A stretch of DNA of 63,319 bases, counting the filler, from Octopus bimaculoides (taxonomy: Eukaryota): NCBI RefSeq assembly GCF_001194135.2. It is 10 parts of 8 records of this genome, joined end to end, with 100 filler letters (N's around TTAATTAATTAA, not from the genome) between each part and the next. Parts side by side here need not be neighbours in the genome. Positions count along the whole stretch, not along the records: positions 33,109 to 47,284 come from NC_068989.1; positions 47,385 to 49,626 come from NW_026432732.1; positions 49,727 to 55,911 come from NC_068989.1; 7 more parts are not named here. One strand, 5' to 3'. Positions 38,841 through 51,346 of this stretch are shown piece after piece (position 1 is the first letter of the stretch; each line of letters begins with the position of its first letter). Made by a program: the position numbers and the translations under genes. The notes under the pieces are model-generated. The model did not search any database and was not told where the DNA came from. It saw only the letters and a list, made by a program, of their open reading frames with translations.

Positions 38841-40639
38841 AGTACATAAGTGTAAGATCCAGGGATCGAAGTGTAGGAAGAAAGTTAGCTTCGACCAATC
38901 CGTAGTGAATATAAATGAACAACTTCAGGTACAATATTGGTTTATTAAGACGGAAGATTGCGGATTTTTTTCTTTTATCGAAGAAAGATGAGCTGAAAAA
39001 AAATTCTTTTTATACTCCTCTGTAAGCAACCAGAGTTGCCGACTGTGCGAAAAAATACAAGAATTACGGAAAGGGATATGAGAAATCCGGGCTATATATG
39101 TTGCATCACGAGTGGAACCTTAGAAGTGGTAAAATCCAAGTGAGATGTATACCGCCAGCTACTCTCAAAGTCAAGGATATCTTGAATAGATTAAAGACTA
39201 CATTGTGGCAAGGAGGTGTGGAAGGCACAGTATGTGAGATGTATATAAATGAGGGGAGAAATAAGTAATAGAAGAAGGGAAGAAAGAAGAGAAAAATAAA
39301 TAAATAATATAAAATGAAATATAAGGGAGTGAGAGGAAGGAAGAATTGGACAGGTCCGTGGTAGATAATATAGACGTTTTGGCTTAATCACAGAATTCAA
39401 TAGTGGTATTGACATTTGAAGAGAAGAGAACTTGGAGGCGAGAGGGGGAGAAATATTTTTGGTCGTGGGAAAAAAGAAAGTATGAATGAATAAAGCAAGG
39501 TAGGATGGGAAGTTTAAGCACGGCTGGTGGTTTTATGGTCAAAATGCGTAAATTAGTACAAGAAAAAAGAAAAGAAAACGAATGAAGTGATTTAGATGTA
39601 TATAGGCGTATGTATTTGTACTTTTACGGGTGGGCAGGGTAGGAGGTAGGGAGTAGAAATATAAGGAGAGAAGGATATTTTAGGTAGTGAGTAAATATTA
39701 CGGATAGAAAATTGTAATTGACGATTAAGGAATTAAAAAGGGAGAAAAAATATTGCTGGTTTATTACGCAGTGGTAGTAAGGGTGGATGAGTGGAAACAA
39801 GAATATATGAGAGTTATGGAGGAGACAAGAGCGGGGTGGGGTTGTAAATATTTGTATTTTGAAAATAGGTTTATTGACCGATGTTTGCAGGTGAATTATA
39901 CTGTTGCGTTCGTTGACACAGTCCGTGGGTTATAAAATAACCATGACCATGGCTTTGCAGAAATCACACAAATTACTATATCCACTTTAAGATTTGGCGT
40001 CGGTGATTATGGACCATTTGAGAGTGTAAGGAGTTGAGTCAAGCGTTAGTTCACTAATAAGTTGAGATAATGATGTATTGTTAGATTTTGTATGGGATTT
40101 GAATGTGTAAGGGTAGTGAAGTAGGACAATTTTATCACTTCTGAGGTTCTACTCACTGTGAAACATATGTAACCCGGATTTCCCATACTCCATTCCGCAA
40201 CTCTTGTATACACACGCGCGCTCGCGCGTAATGTATTGCTCCGTGAAGGTAAGATCAACAAAAAAAGTACTCCATGTGGTGAGAGATGAATTTTATTTAA
40301 TAGACACGATACATGCTTTTATGTGCTACTACTAGTTTCATGTGGTATGAACATGCCAACCAATATTCTATAACACGTCTGACATCTCGGCAAAGTCATC
40401 AGACAGAGCTCACATGACATAAGGAACTAAAAATTGAATGAGAGAAGAAACACGAAAAGGCGAGAAGCAAGTATATAAACGAAGTGGAAGGTTAAACAAC
40501 CGGAAATCGAAAAAGTAATCAGAAAAGAAATGAAAAAAGAAAAAGAGCTATATCTCTTAGATTGTAAATTATAAGGCTGAAGAAATATTGACTTTGTGTT
40601 TATGATACAGTTAATGAGATAGAGGAGGAACTTCCAAAT

Positions 40640-41196
40640 TCTTCAAATGAAACTTAAATGTATGCATACAATCGCTGAAAATTTCAGATCTAGAGTTCAG
40701 CAGTAAGAGATCTTAGATCTGAAAAGAATTTGAGTTTTCTCAGCTAAGCATAGCATACATTTTTTGTTATCTGTTAACATAAAATGTGGTTATTTCGATT
40801 ATTTTCCACATTATTGTATGTTGTGTTGCGTTAGATTTCAAACTCTATACGTGGTTAAGCAACTCAGTAACCTTGCTTTTGTCGTTCTGTCGGAAAGAAG
40901 CTATGTGATTAGCATAGCGATTCTTAATTTCTCCTTCACATAATCCGATATAGGTCTTCTTATCTGTTGTGGTATCATCGAGCGTTGAAGTAACTTCTGC
41001 CTCATATATGACAGATTTAATCATATATCGCTTGTTAGTAAATATTTCCCTTGGTCTCGACAGTTACAACGGGGCTTAAGCTCTTGGCGTTGACATCGTA
41101 TAATGATACTCTTCGTATTGGGGCAGCAGCTAAATGATGATTTCACAGAACGCCTGTTAAATATTTACCTGTGCCTGTAGTTTCCTGGAAAATGTT
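40640..41196 (-). mobile_element. Penelope-like element C-terminus with GIY-YIG endonuclease, degenerate
   Basis: Minus strand reads HFP..IFNRRSVKSSFSCCPN, CNCR, VIYEAEVT...KKTYIGLCEGEIKNRYANH..SF, WKII, CMLCLAEK, LLNSRSEIFSDCMH. The YIG codons are at 40944-40952. Confidence 0.85.
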
Positions 41197-41234
41197 TGTC
41201 TAGGAGACACAAGAATCTTTTACTTATGTCAGTT

Positions 41235-42110
41235 CTTGCATTAAGACAATCCGGTTCATCGCAAGGGACATGGGATGTCTGAGTTTATGATCAGTCAGGT
41301 AGTGCATGAAGACATTCAGTATTTCTCATACAAGATGAGAAAGGGCCAATTTTTATCCCAAGCCATCAAGCACAAGAGGATTGACCAGGTTACGAAGCTT
41401 TTGAACAAACTCAAGCATCTTCTCCAGCCGAACATGTTTTGGTTTTTCTCAGACGAGAAACATTTCTGACATGACCAGATTGCGAACACATAGAACAACT
41501 GTTGGCTTTCCGCGTCCCCAAAACATGTACTGAAATTGATAAAAAATCAATCATCCAGTCAACATCATTGTGTTTGGAATGATCACGGCCTCAGGTTCAA
41601 TATGAAGGTCTACATCAAATGCCTGGAGGAGGTACTGCTGCCCTAGGTCAAGAAGGTGGCTGCTAGAAGACCCTATGTCTGGTAACAGTATTCTGCACCA
41701 TGTCACACAATCAGGAGAACCCAGCCATGGTTGCCAGACAATTTCTGCGACCACATCACCACTAACATGTGGTTACCTAACTCCCCAGACTGCTTCATCC
41801 TTGATTATTATAGGTAGGGTACAGTTGAGCGAGAGACCAACACAGCTCCTTGTCACACCAAAGATGAACTGAAAGCAATGATTGTGGTAGCATTGACCAA
41901 CTTAAACAAGGAGATCGTTCAGAAGAGCTGCAGGAGATTCGGAAGTTGTCCGGAGGCCGTGATTGAAGCCAATGGCGATTTTATTGACTACATTTAGTCT
42001 TTAGTATTTCGAGAAATTTTCACGTAATTTTGGTGAATATATCTGTTAAAATGAGATATTAGTGTTATTTTTGCGTAATCTAGACTACAATTTATTCACC
42101 ACACCATGAA
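41235..42110 (+). mobile_element. maT/DD37D-type Tc1-mariner transposon remnant (transposase pseudogene plus 3' end)
   Basis: Motifs across frames: IARDMG.SEF..QVVHEDI, FFSDEKHF, HPVNIIVFG, and PYVW*QYSAPCH...WLPNSPDCFILD with 37 residues between the second and third catalytic positions. C-terminus EAVIEANGDFI. Confidence 0.85.
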
Positions 42111-42510
42111 TAAATATACGTATTCTCTTATTCTTTTATTCTTTTATTTGTTTCAGTCATTAGAATGCGGCTATGCTGGGGCACCGCCTTGTATACACTT
42201 ACATATGTATGAGGATATTATATGACTACACATGTTGTGTAGCTAAATTCGTGTATCATTAGTTATACATCAATAAGGGGGCGATCAGGTAGAATTGTTA
42301 GAACGCCGGGCAAAATGTCTGGAGTCATTTTCCCCATCCCTTAGCGTTCTAAGTTAAAATTTCGTAGAAGTCAACTCCGTCTTTTATCCTTTCGGGGTCG
42401 GTAAATACAGTACCACTGGAGTATTAAATGTAATCGACTTGGCCCTTACCCTCAAAAATTGTGTTAGAATTTTAAAAAATGTGTATGCTTCTACCCATTC
42501 GCATGGACCA

Positions 42511-42557
<47 letters not shown>

Positions 42558-42922
42558 NNNNNNNNNNNNNNNNNNNNNNNNNNNNNNNNNNNNNNNNNNN
42601 NNNNNNNNNNNNNNNNNNNNNNNNNNNNNNNNNNNNNNNNNNNNNNNNNNNNNNNNNNNNNNNNNNNNNNNNNNNNNNNNNNNNNNNNNNNNNNNNNNNN
42701 NNNNNNNNNNNNNNNNNNNNNNNNNNNNNNNNNNNNNNNNNNNNNNNNNNNNNNNNNNNNNNNNNNNNNNNNNNNNNNNNNNNNNNNNNNNNNNNNNNNN
42801 NNNNNNNNNNNNNNNNNNNNNNNNNNNNNNNNNNNNNNNNNNNNNNNNNNNNNNNNNNNNNNNATATATATATATATATATATATGCTTACATGTATAGA
42901 TTCTGTCCCTACAATTCATTGT

Positions 42923-42970
<48 letters not shown>

Positions 42971-43742
42971 CACACACACATGCATACACACACACGTATG
43001 CAGACGAACACATACGTAGACACAAACATATATATACACAAATACATATACACATACACATATGTATAATTATACACATGCATATAAAGAAAAATACATA
43101 AAGAATGTAAGAATAAAAGTCGATATGACAGAGTGTGTGAAAGAGTGAAAAGAAAGGAGGAATTTGAAGGGAATAAGAAGAAAGAGAGAAATACATAGAG
43201 AGAAAGAAGGGGGCGGAAGAAGAGAAGGGGCTGGGAGAAGAGAAGGGGGTGAGAGAAGAGAAGGGGTGAGAGAAGAGAAGGGTGTGGGAGAAGAGAAGGG
43301 AGTGTTTGCAAATAGTTTGTGTGTGAGGAATAGGAAACTAGAGATGGAAAGAATGATTATTATAAACCTGGAGACAATGGTAAACAAGCTGTTGCAATCA
43401 ATTTTCTTTAAAATGTCGTCTGCCATGAATAAAGTGCAATTACGCTATGTCACTTATTTTTCCCGGGACAACGTATATAACGGTAATTGAATTTCTTAAT
43501 AAGAACTATGTCTCTGGTTAAAGCACGCTTGACTTAAATAACATTGACCACAGAACCAAGATGTAATAATTCGTAGTAATATATCTGAAACTTTTATATT
43601 GTTAGTATCAGTCATATACAGACGTCATCTATTATTTATTCACGTTGAAAATATAGAAATGAATGAATAAATAAAACGATAACGTGATTAACTGAAGCAA
43701 TTTCATTAGTTTTTATTTTTGTGAATACTATTTATAAAAGTT

Positions 43743-44031
43743 GAGGCAGCGATCTGGCAGAATCGTTACCGCGCCGGCAAAAGTACATAACGACATCTTT
43801 TTTCCTACTTCACGTTCTAAGATGGAGGCCGGTAGAATCGTTAGCAACCCAGGCAAAAATATTTAGCGGCATTTCGTCCCTCCTTACATTCTGAGTTCAA
43901 TTTACAACGAGGGACGACTTTGCCTTTCATCCTTTTGGGATTGATAAAATAAGTACCAGTTGAGTACTGCGGTGGAAGAAATCAACATACCCCTCTCCCT
44001 GAACTTGCTGGCTTTACGCCAAAATTTGAAG
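43743..44031 (+). mobile_element. SINE family A: truncated head followed by a full copy
   Basis: Two GCAG/GTAGAATCGTTA heads at about 43745 and 43825. Further family A copies lie at about 42275-42475 (+), 45979-46153 (+) and 58025-58195 (-, decayed). Confidence 0.8.
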
Positions 44032-45074
44032 ACGATATTATTTGTAAAGGTTTACTGTAATATAATATCCTTATTTTGTCGTTATTATGTATTAGGATAG
44101 TTTGTAGCAAAAGAAGGCATATGAAGGCCTGTATTCCAAGAAAAGTAGGGAAATGTGAATATTGTCGTCCAGGGAGAATTACATATTCTTCAAAAATTTA
44201 TGATAGGTATGGATGTAACGTCTTTGATTAGAGATCTGCTCTAAAAACGGCTGGTCTTGCCACAGGTAATAACAACAACTGGAATATATTACGGTAAATA
44301 AGCATGTGTCAATGGGACTGTGACATAAAAATAATCTCTCTTTGAAGCAATTCAATTTATGATTGCCCTCCTTATGCAATTTCTTGTTTTGTTGGGCAAA
44401 GATTGAAAAATTAATTAAAAATATTGTGGTTGTATGAATTCTTTGAAGTAGTTTTGTTGTTTTCCAATTATACTTTAGAACATACTGTTTCTATTATTAG
44501 CAGACCACGCGGATGTACCGTAATTTCATTATTAGCAGTCACCAAGTAGTAAAGATCAATATGGCATTTTAAAAGTCATATTCACAAGTTGTGTATGTAT
44601 GTGAGTATGCATATATTAAGATAATTGAAGAAATTGGAGTCAACAAGGAGTGTGGTTGGACATTTATTTTTCTTCACTACAATTGTTTCGACGTAACGTA
44701 GTTCTCTAGGTGTGCAGGTACTTGATTATGCAACTATTTCTCTGCATTATGAGGTTTAGCTGTATTTCCTCACGCGATATGCATACTTTTTCGATTTGAC
44801 CTTACAAATACATTCCTTAATTTTAGGTCACTTTAAATAAAACCCTTGATTCAATAGCACTGTGTACAAACTCTATACTTGGAATGACCAATTTTAAATA
44901 CTATTGGATTTTTCTCACAAGGTATTGGAATCTTATATGTATACTATTCTGCCTAAATAATGGATCTACAAATGCAATATCCCTCCATATTTCACATCTA
45001 TTTTCATTCCACCACTTCACTCTATATCTCGTATATTATCTAAATTAACTATTGCTTAACTACTTTCTCACAGC

Positions 45075-45122
45075 GTCTCCGATGAAGGGATATAATAAAT
45101 ATCCCGGAAACAGCTGTAAGAC
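45075..45122 (+). ncRNA. Minimal type-I hammerhead ribozyme-like motif (Penelope-type), core U4>C variant
   Basis: GTCT-CCGATGA-A-GGGATAT(AATAA)ATATCCC-G-GAAAC-AGCT-GT-A-AGAC. Stem I is GTCT/AGAC, stem II is 7 bp, stem III is the palindrome ACAGCTGT, and the predicted GUA cleavage is after 45118. Confidence 0.7.
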
Positions 45123-45181
45123 CTATTTATAAATGCTCTAAAATCTTCACACCCTTGGTTTTTTTTATCTCGTTCTGAAAT

Positions 45182-45218
<37 letters not shown>

Positions 45219-45517
45219 NNNNNNNNNNNNNNNNNNNNNNNNNNNNNNNNNNNNNNNNNNNNNNNNNNNNNNNNNNNNNNNNNNNNNNNNNNNNNNNNNN
45301 NNNNNNNNNNNNNNNNNNNNNNNNNNNNNNNNNNNNNNNNNNNNNNNNNNNNNNNNNNNNNNNNNNNNNNNNNNNNNNNNNNNNNNNNNNNNNNNNNNNN
45401 NNNNNNNNNNNNNNNNNNNNNNNNNNNNNNNNNNNNNNNNNNNNNNNNNNNNNNNNNNNNNNNNNNNNNNNNNNNNNNNNNNNNNNNNNNNNNNNNNNNN
45501 NNNNNNNNNNNNNNNNN

Positions 45518-45555
<38 letters not shown>

Positions 45556-47384
45556 GATATAATTATTTCTATGTATACACCGACTGAATGAACAAATGGA
45601 TCTCTATATGGCTGCAAACTAATAAATCTCTTTCAGCATCTATTAATGACTGATTAAGCGACTGTGATGGAAACTGGGATACCTGAAATTAAGTTTCCGA
45701 GTAGACTGGCAAACAAGGTGGTACTCGGTTGGTTAACCACGCGTTGATTCAAAGAAAACATTTACAACCAAAAGCGGTAACAAATACTTCCAATCTATAT
45801 CTTAACCACTCAGACCGTATTTCTTCATAAACAAATAGACGTTTACGATAAAAAAATACCGAATTTTAAATTTGGCTGATTTGTATTTATTTGTTTGATT
45901 TTTATATCCATTAACTAATTTTGGTCTCTTTATTATGTAATTTATATTTTTGATTTTTTCATCGAGATTACTTTTAACCTGGCAGAATCGTTAGAAAGCC
46001 GGGCGGTACTTCGTCAGTCCGTACGTTCAGAGTTCAAATAGCGCCGAGGTAACTTCGTCTTTCATCCTTTCGGCGTCGATTAAATAAGTACCAGTTGAGC
46101 ACTGGTAATCGACTAAACTCTTCCCCGCTGGTCTTCTGATAAAATTTGAAACCATAATCATGAATCACGTCTACTTGTATCTATATGCTACTCTATATAG
46201 AAGGATTTCTACAAATATAACATAGGTAGAAAACAAGGGGAAACTGAATGTGATCCATGATGACGTATTTGTACAGAGCTTTTGCGGGATTATATTTGTT
46301 TATTATATTACATATATTATAGTATGATACGGAAAATTTAGTAACTAACAGCTGTTATCAATACACAGAAACAATTGTGGTGATTTGTAACTAAAACTCC
46401 TTCATTCCAATTTATTTTCTACATTTTCATATGCGTTTTAAATTAATACCACTTCATGGTTTTTGCATGCTGCATTAATTGATTATTTGCATTACTATAC
46501 GCTATTTCTTTTTATGCTGTTATTAATTTATAATCAACTTTTATTTATTCATATATTAATTAAGGAAATATTGGTATCTCAAGTATTTCAAACTTAGCAT
46601 ATGTAAAACAATACTGATACATTATTCTGATTAATGAAAACTATGAATAACCATTTACTGTATCTGTACATAATTCAGCAACTTTATTTTATATACTTTT
46701 GACCTAGGTGCCTTATGTTAAAACTTCCCCTACTCCATTATAAAATGGTCCGCTTGTAAAGAAATCCTCCACCTATAGTAGTTTGCCACTAAACCCAAAG
46801 AAATTTTATAACTATATCGTCCATGTTTGCTGTCAATACTGTCTGCCCCTTTCCCTTTCCCTTCAAGGAAAATTCTGGTGCCCTCTTATGCTTAGGTCTG
46901 ATAAGATAATCCATAAATCAGAAAAAAACATCAGTGATAGTTAAAAATCTGTTTAGAGTTATTCACTAGCCTGTATGGTCTGGCTAACTCAAAGTGTTTT
47001 TTTGTATTCTTCCTTTCTACTTGGAGAGTTTAGATGTAGTTATAAAAATATGTCCTTCTGTTGAAATGTAATTTCAGTAAATTTCTATGTCTTTATGCAG
47101 CTGAGGATTGCTCTGCATTTTACATTTCATGTAATGTTCACATTGCTTAAATATATGGAGTCGCATGAAACGATCGTACTGCATTAACTTTGGATATCAT
47201 TGTTGCTTATTTTGATTTTAATCACCTTATTTTGAAGGTGTATGTATAATACCATACTTAATTCTGGTGCCTAAGCTTAAGTACNNNNNNNNNNNNNNNN
47301 NNNNNNNNNNNNNNNNNNNNNNNNNNNNTTAATTAATTAANNNNNNNNNNNNNNNNNNNNNNNNNNNNNNNNNNNNNNNNNNNN

Positions 47385-47528
47385 AATTCCTTTGGAAACA
47401 ATTCAAACTTTGTACGAGTCCATACTTCGTAGAAATCAAGCTGTAATAACCGCCAAAAGTGGTCCCATCTCATATTAAAATAAATTTGTTTGAAATTAGA
47501 ATGTTTCCATTATTTTATCCAACCTCTG
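47385..47528 (+). mobile_element. 3' end and right TIR of a second copy of the same Tc1 family (rest lost in gap)
   Basis: Closely matches 37184-37326 (ATTCCTTTGGAAACAATTCAAACTTTGTACGAGTCCATAC...) and ends TTCCATTATTTTATCCAACCTCTG-TA. Confidence 0.9.
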
Positions 47529-47549
47529 TATGAACGTGTATATGAAATG

Positions 47550-47629
<80 letters not shown>

Positions 47630-47938
47630 CGTGTGTGTGTGTGTGCGCGAGAGAGAGAGAAAAAGTGAGAGAGGTAGAATGATTGAATGAAGGTGTGTGT
47701 CGCGATGATGGTTGTCTTTTAATGTACACACTCATATAGAAAATGTAACGTCATCGTCGTCGTCGCCGTATAAAATGTTTACGATAGTTGATTTATTGAA
47801 AGATTATACTTTTATATTTCTGTAATGCAAATATGCCAGTGAAAATAATGTTTAGTTGGTAGCGGAAATACTTTTTTTTCATACCCCATACGACAAAACC
47901 GGCAACTCGGTTTTAGGATGCATAAAGAACATAGACAC

Positions 47939-48009
<71 letters not shown>

Positions 48010-48940
48010 NNNNNNNNNNNNNNNNNNNNNNNNNNNNNNNNNNNNNNNNNNNNNNNNNNNNNNNNNNNNNNNNNNNNNNNNNNNNNNNNNNNNNNNNNNN
48101 NNNNNNNNNNNNNNNNNNNNNNNNNNNNNNNNNNNNNNNNNNNNNNNNNNNNNNNNNNNNNNNNNNNNNNNNNNNNNNNNNNNNNNNNNNNNNNNNNNNN
48201 NNNNNNNNNNNNNNNNNNNNNNNNNNNNNNNNNNNNNNNNNNNNNNNNNNNNNNNNNNNNNNNNNNNNNNNNNNNNNNNNNNNNNNNNNNNNNNNNNNNN
48301 NNNNNNNNNNNNNNNNNNNNNNNNNNNNNNNNNNNNNNNNNNNNNNNNNNNNNNNNNNNNNNNNNNNNNNNNNNNNNNNNNNNNNNNNNNNNNNNNNNNN
48401 NNNNNNNNNNNNNNNNNNNNNNNNNNNNNNNNNNNNNNNNNNNNNNNNNNNNNNNNNNNNNNNNNNNNNNNNNNNNNNNNNNNNNNNNNNNNNNNNNNNN
48501 NNNNNNNNNNNNNNNNNNNNNNNNNNNNNNNNNNNNNNNNNNNNNNNNNNNNNNNNNNNNNNNNNNNNNNNNNNNNNNNNNNNNNNNNNNNNNNNNNNNN
48601 NNNNNNNNNNNNNNNNNNNNNNNNNNNNNNNNNNNNNNNNNNNNNNNNNNNNNNNNNNNNNNNNNNNNNNNNNNNNNNNNNNNNNNNNNNNNNNNNNNNN
48701 NNNNNNNNNNNNNNNNNNNNNNNNNNNNNNNNNNNNNNNNNNNNNNNNNNNNNNNNNNNNNNNNNNNNNNNNNNNNNNNNNNNNNNNNNNNNNNNNNNNN
48801 NNNNNNNNNNNNNNNNNNNNNNNNNNNNNNNNNNNNNNNNNNNNNNNNNNNNNNNNNNNNNNNNNNNNNNNNNNNNNNNNNNNNNNNNNNNNNNNNNNNN
48901 NNNNNNNNNNNNNNNNNNNNNNNNNNNNNNNNNNNNNNNG

Positions 48941-49626
48941 TAATAACATGTACCCCAGATGGATGAATACATGGGAAGAAAAACAAATAAAATACAGACA
49001 ACACAGATACTATAATAGGAACAATAATCCTGACAACTCAAGGAACACAGGATTTACAACCAAAATTCCCATATATCCTGAATGGGGAAGAAAAAAGCGT
49101 GAAAGATGGGAGGAAAAAACGAAACTTTTAACCAACGGAATTGGTATAAAAGACACGAACCATCCTCTTACCTACATGGAAATCAGAACACCCAGACAAG
49201 ACAACGAAGACGTGGAAACACAATTCCTTTTTTAGGGAGGAAATACCAAAACCACGCACCGGACCCGATAATACACCAAAGTTAATTAACCGCACACAAC
49301 AAATAGACCCGAAAATCATAAATTTATCAAATCGGAACCTCAACAACGATGAGATCAACTCCTATTAAAAGGTTTAAAGTTTACTCCGACACCCATGCCC
49401 AACCTCATTGAACTGAAATCTGATATTGAACACTTCAACCGTCACCTCCGACTCATAGAATTCTTCAATCAGAAAGACTTAAATGATGAATCAATAGTCC
49501 GAAAGAAATCCCACTTCACTCCCTACAAGGGAAAGGACAAATATTTGGATGCGTATATAGACACAATTTCAAAGTCTCCCCTAAATACCCACAGATGTAA
49601 ACAAAACCTTTGTGAAAACGAAAAGA
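48941..49626 (+). mobile_element. Penelope-like element, N-terminal region upstream of the RT (both ends in gaps)
   Basis: Reads KIINLSNRNLNNDEIN/LLKGLKFTPTPMPNLIELKSDIEHFNRHLRLIEFF...KSHFTP, the NLS..L...E..LL.KGLKF.PTP signature typical of Penelope-like ORFs. One frameshift near 49370. Confidence 0.75.
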
Positions 49627-49804
49627 NNNNNNNNNNNNNNNNNNNNNNNNNNNNNNNNNNNNNNNNNNNNTTAATTAATTAANNNNNNNNNNNNNNNNNN
49701 NNNNNNNNNNNNNNNNNNNNNNNNNNATATATACTTATATATAAATATATATATATACATAATAATAATATTAGGGATAAATATAAAAATACACACAAAT
49801 ATAT

Positions 49805-49853
<49 letters not shown>

Positions 49854-51303
49854 CAGATATATATATATATAGGTGTATATCGGAGTGAATATATGTGCAA
49901 GTTGAATGAATGTGTGAATGTGTAAATATTCGTCAATATATGTATGTATATAATGTAAAGATATGTAAAACGCACGCACCCACACACATACACCCGTACA
50001 TCCACACACGCACACATACACATGTACATTTGTAAATGTCTACATGTGTAAAACAAAAAAGAATTGTATGAATATGTAAAAATGGATGCATGTATACAAT
50101 GCAAAAAAAAAAAAAAATAANNNNNNNNNNNNNNNNNNNNNNNNNNNNNNNNNNNNNNNNNNNNNNNNNNNNNNNNNNNNNNNNNNNNNNNNNNNNNNNN
50201 NNNNNNNNNNNNNNNNNNNNNNNNNNNNNNNNNNNNNNNNNNNNNNNNNNNNNNNNNNNNNNNNNNNNNNNNNNNNNNNNNNNNNNNNNNNNNNNNNNNC
50301 ACACACATACACACTCTCTCTCATTCTCCTACGCATACCCACACACATTTAATTTACACACTAACGGCCTTGTTTTCACCGCATAAATCTCCTCGTATTT
50401 TATAATAAAAACGAAAAAGCAAAACGCTAAAACCGAGATAACAGGTCTGGTGGTGGATGCTAAAGAGAGAAAGATACGTTTGGATGAGAGTGAAGAGGGC
50501 GAGGTGGTATCACCGTGTTTAAATATCGGCTGTTTGCTTTAGATCAGTTTTAATGTTTAGCTGTACACAACCAAAAAGGCCCTTGTTGCTCCATTTCTTT
50601 CTTCTAGCAGGTTCCGTGTTCCATGTTCTGTGAAAGACTTCCATGGTTTATTGTTTCTTCGACACGTTAACAGTCTCACCTATGTCCATTATATAACATT
50701 AATTATGATTTAAACCGACACACATGCAGACAAATAATTATATAAATACACACACACACACACACATATATATATATGTACATACATACAAGCAGACACA
50801 TGCACACATATTCGTGTAATTATATAGAAATATATTAATGTATATTTATGTGAGTGCGTGTATATGTATATATATGAGTGTATATATATATATGTGTATA
50901 TATATATNNNNNNNNNNNNNNNNNNNNNNNNNNNNNNNNNNNNNNNNNNNNNNNNNNNNNNNNNNNNNNNNNNNNNNNNNNNNNNNNNNNNNNNNNNNNN
51001 NNNNNNNNNNNNNNNNNNNNNNNNNNNNNNNNNNNNNNNNNNNNNNNNNNNNNNNNNNNNNNNNNNNNNNNNNNNNNNNNNNNNNNNNNNNNNNNNNNNN
51101 NNNNNNNNNNNNNNNNNNNNNNNNNNNNNNNNNNNNNNNNNNNNNNNNNNNNNNNNNNNNNNNNNNNNNNNNNNNNNNNNNNNNNNNNNNNNNNNNNNNN
51201 NNNNNNNNNNNNNNNNNNNNNNNNNNNNNNNNNNNNNNNNNNNNNNNNNNNNNNNNNNNNNNNNNNNNNNNNNNNNNNNNNNNNNNNNNNNNNNNNNNNN
51301 NNN

Positions 51304-51346
<43 letters not shown>

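Noticed and set aside
40214-40229. GC hairpin ACGCGCG-CT-CGCGCGT as a possible Helitron 3' terminator
   Set aside because: No CTRR follows on either strand, and it is easily derived from CA/CG dinucleotide repeats.
46700-47284. Faint resemblance to a Penelope RT-to-endonuclease linker on the minus strand
   Set aside because: Too degenerate to support without a profile search.
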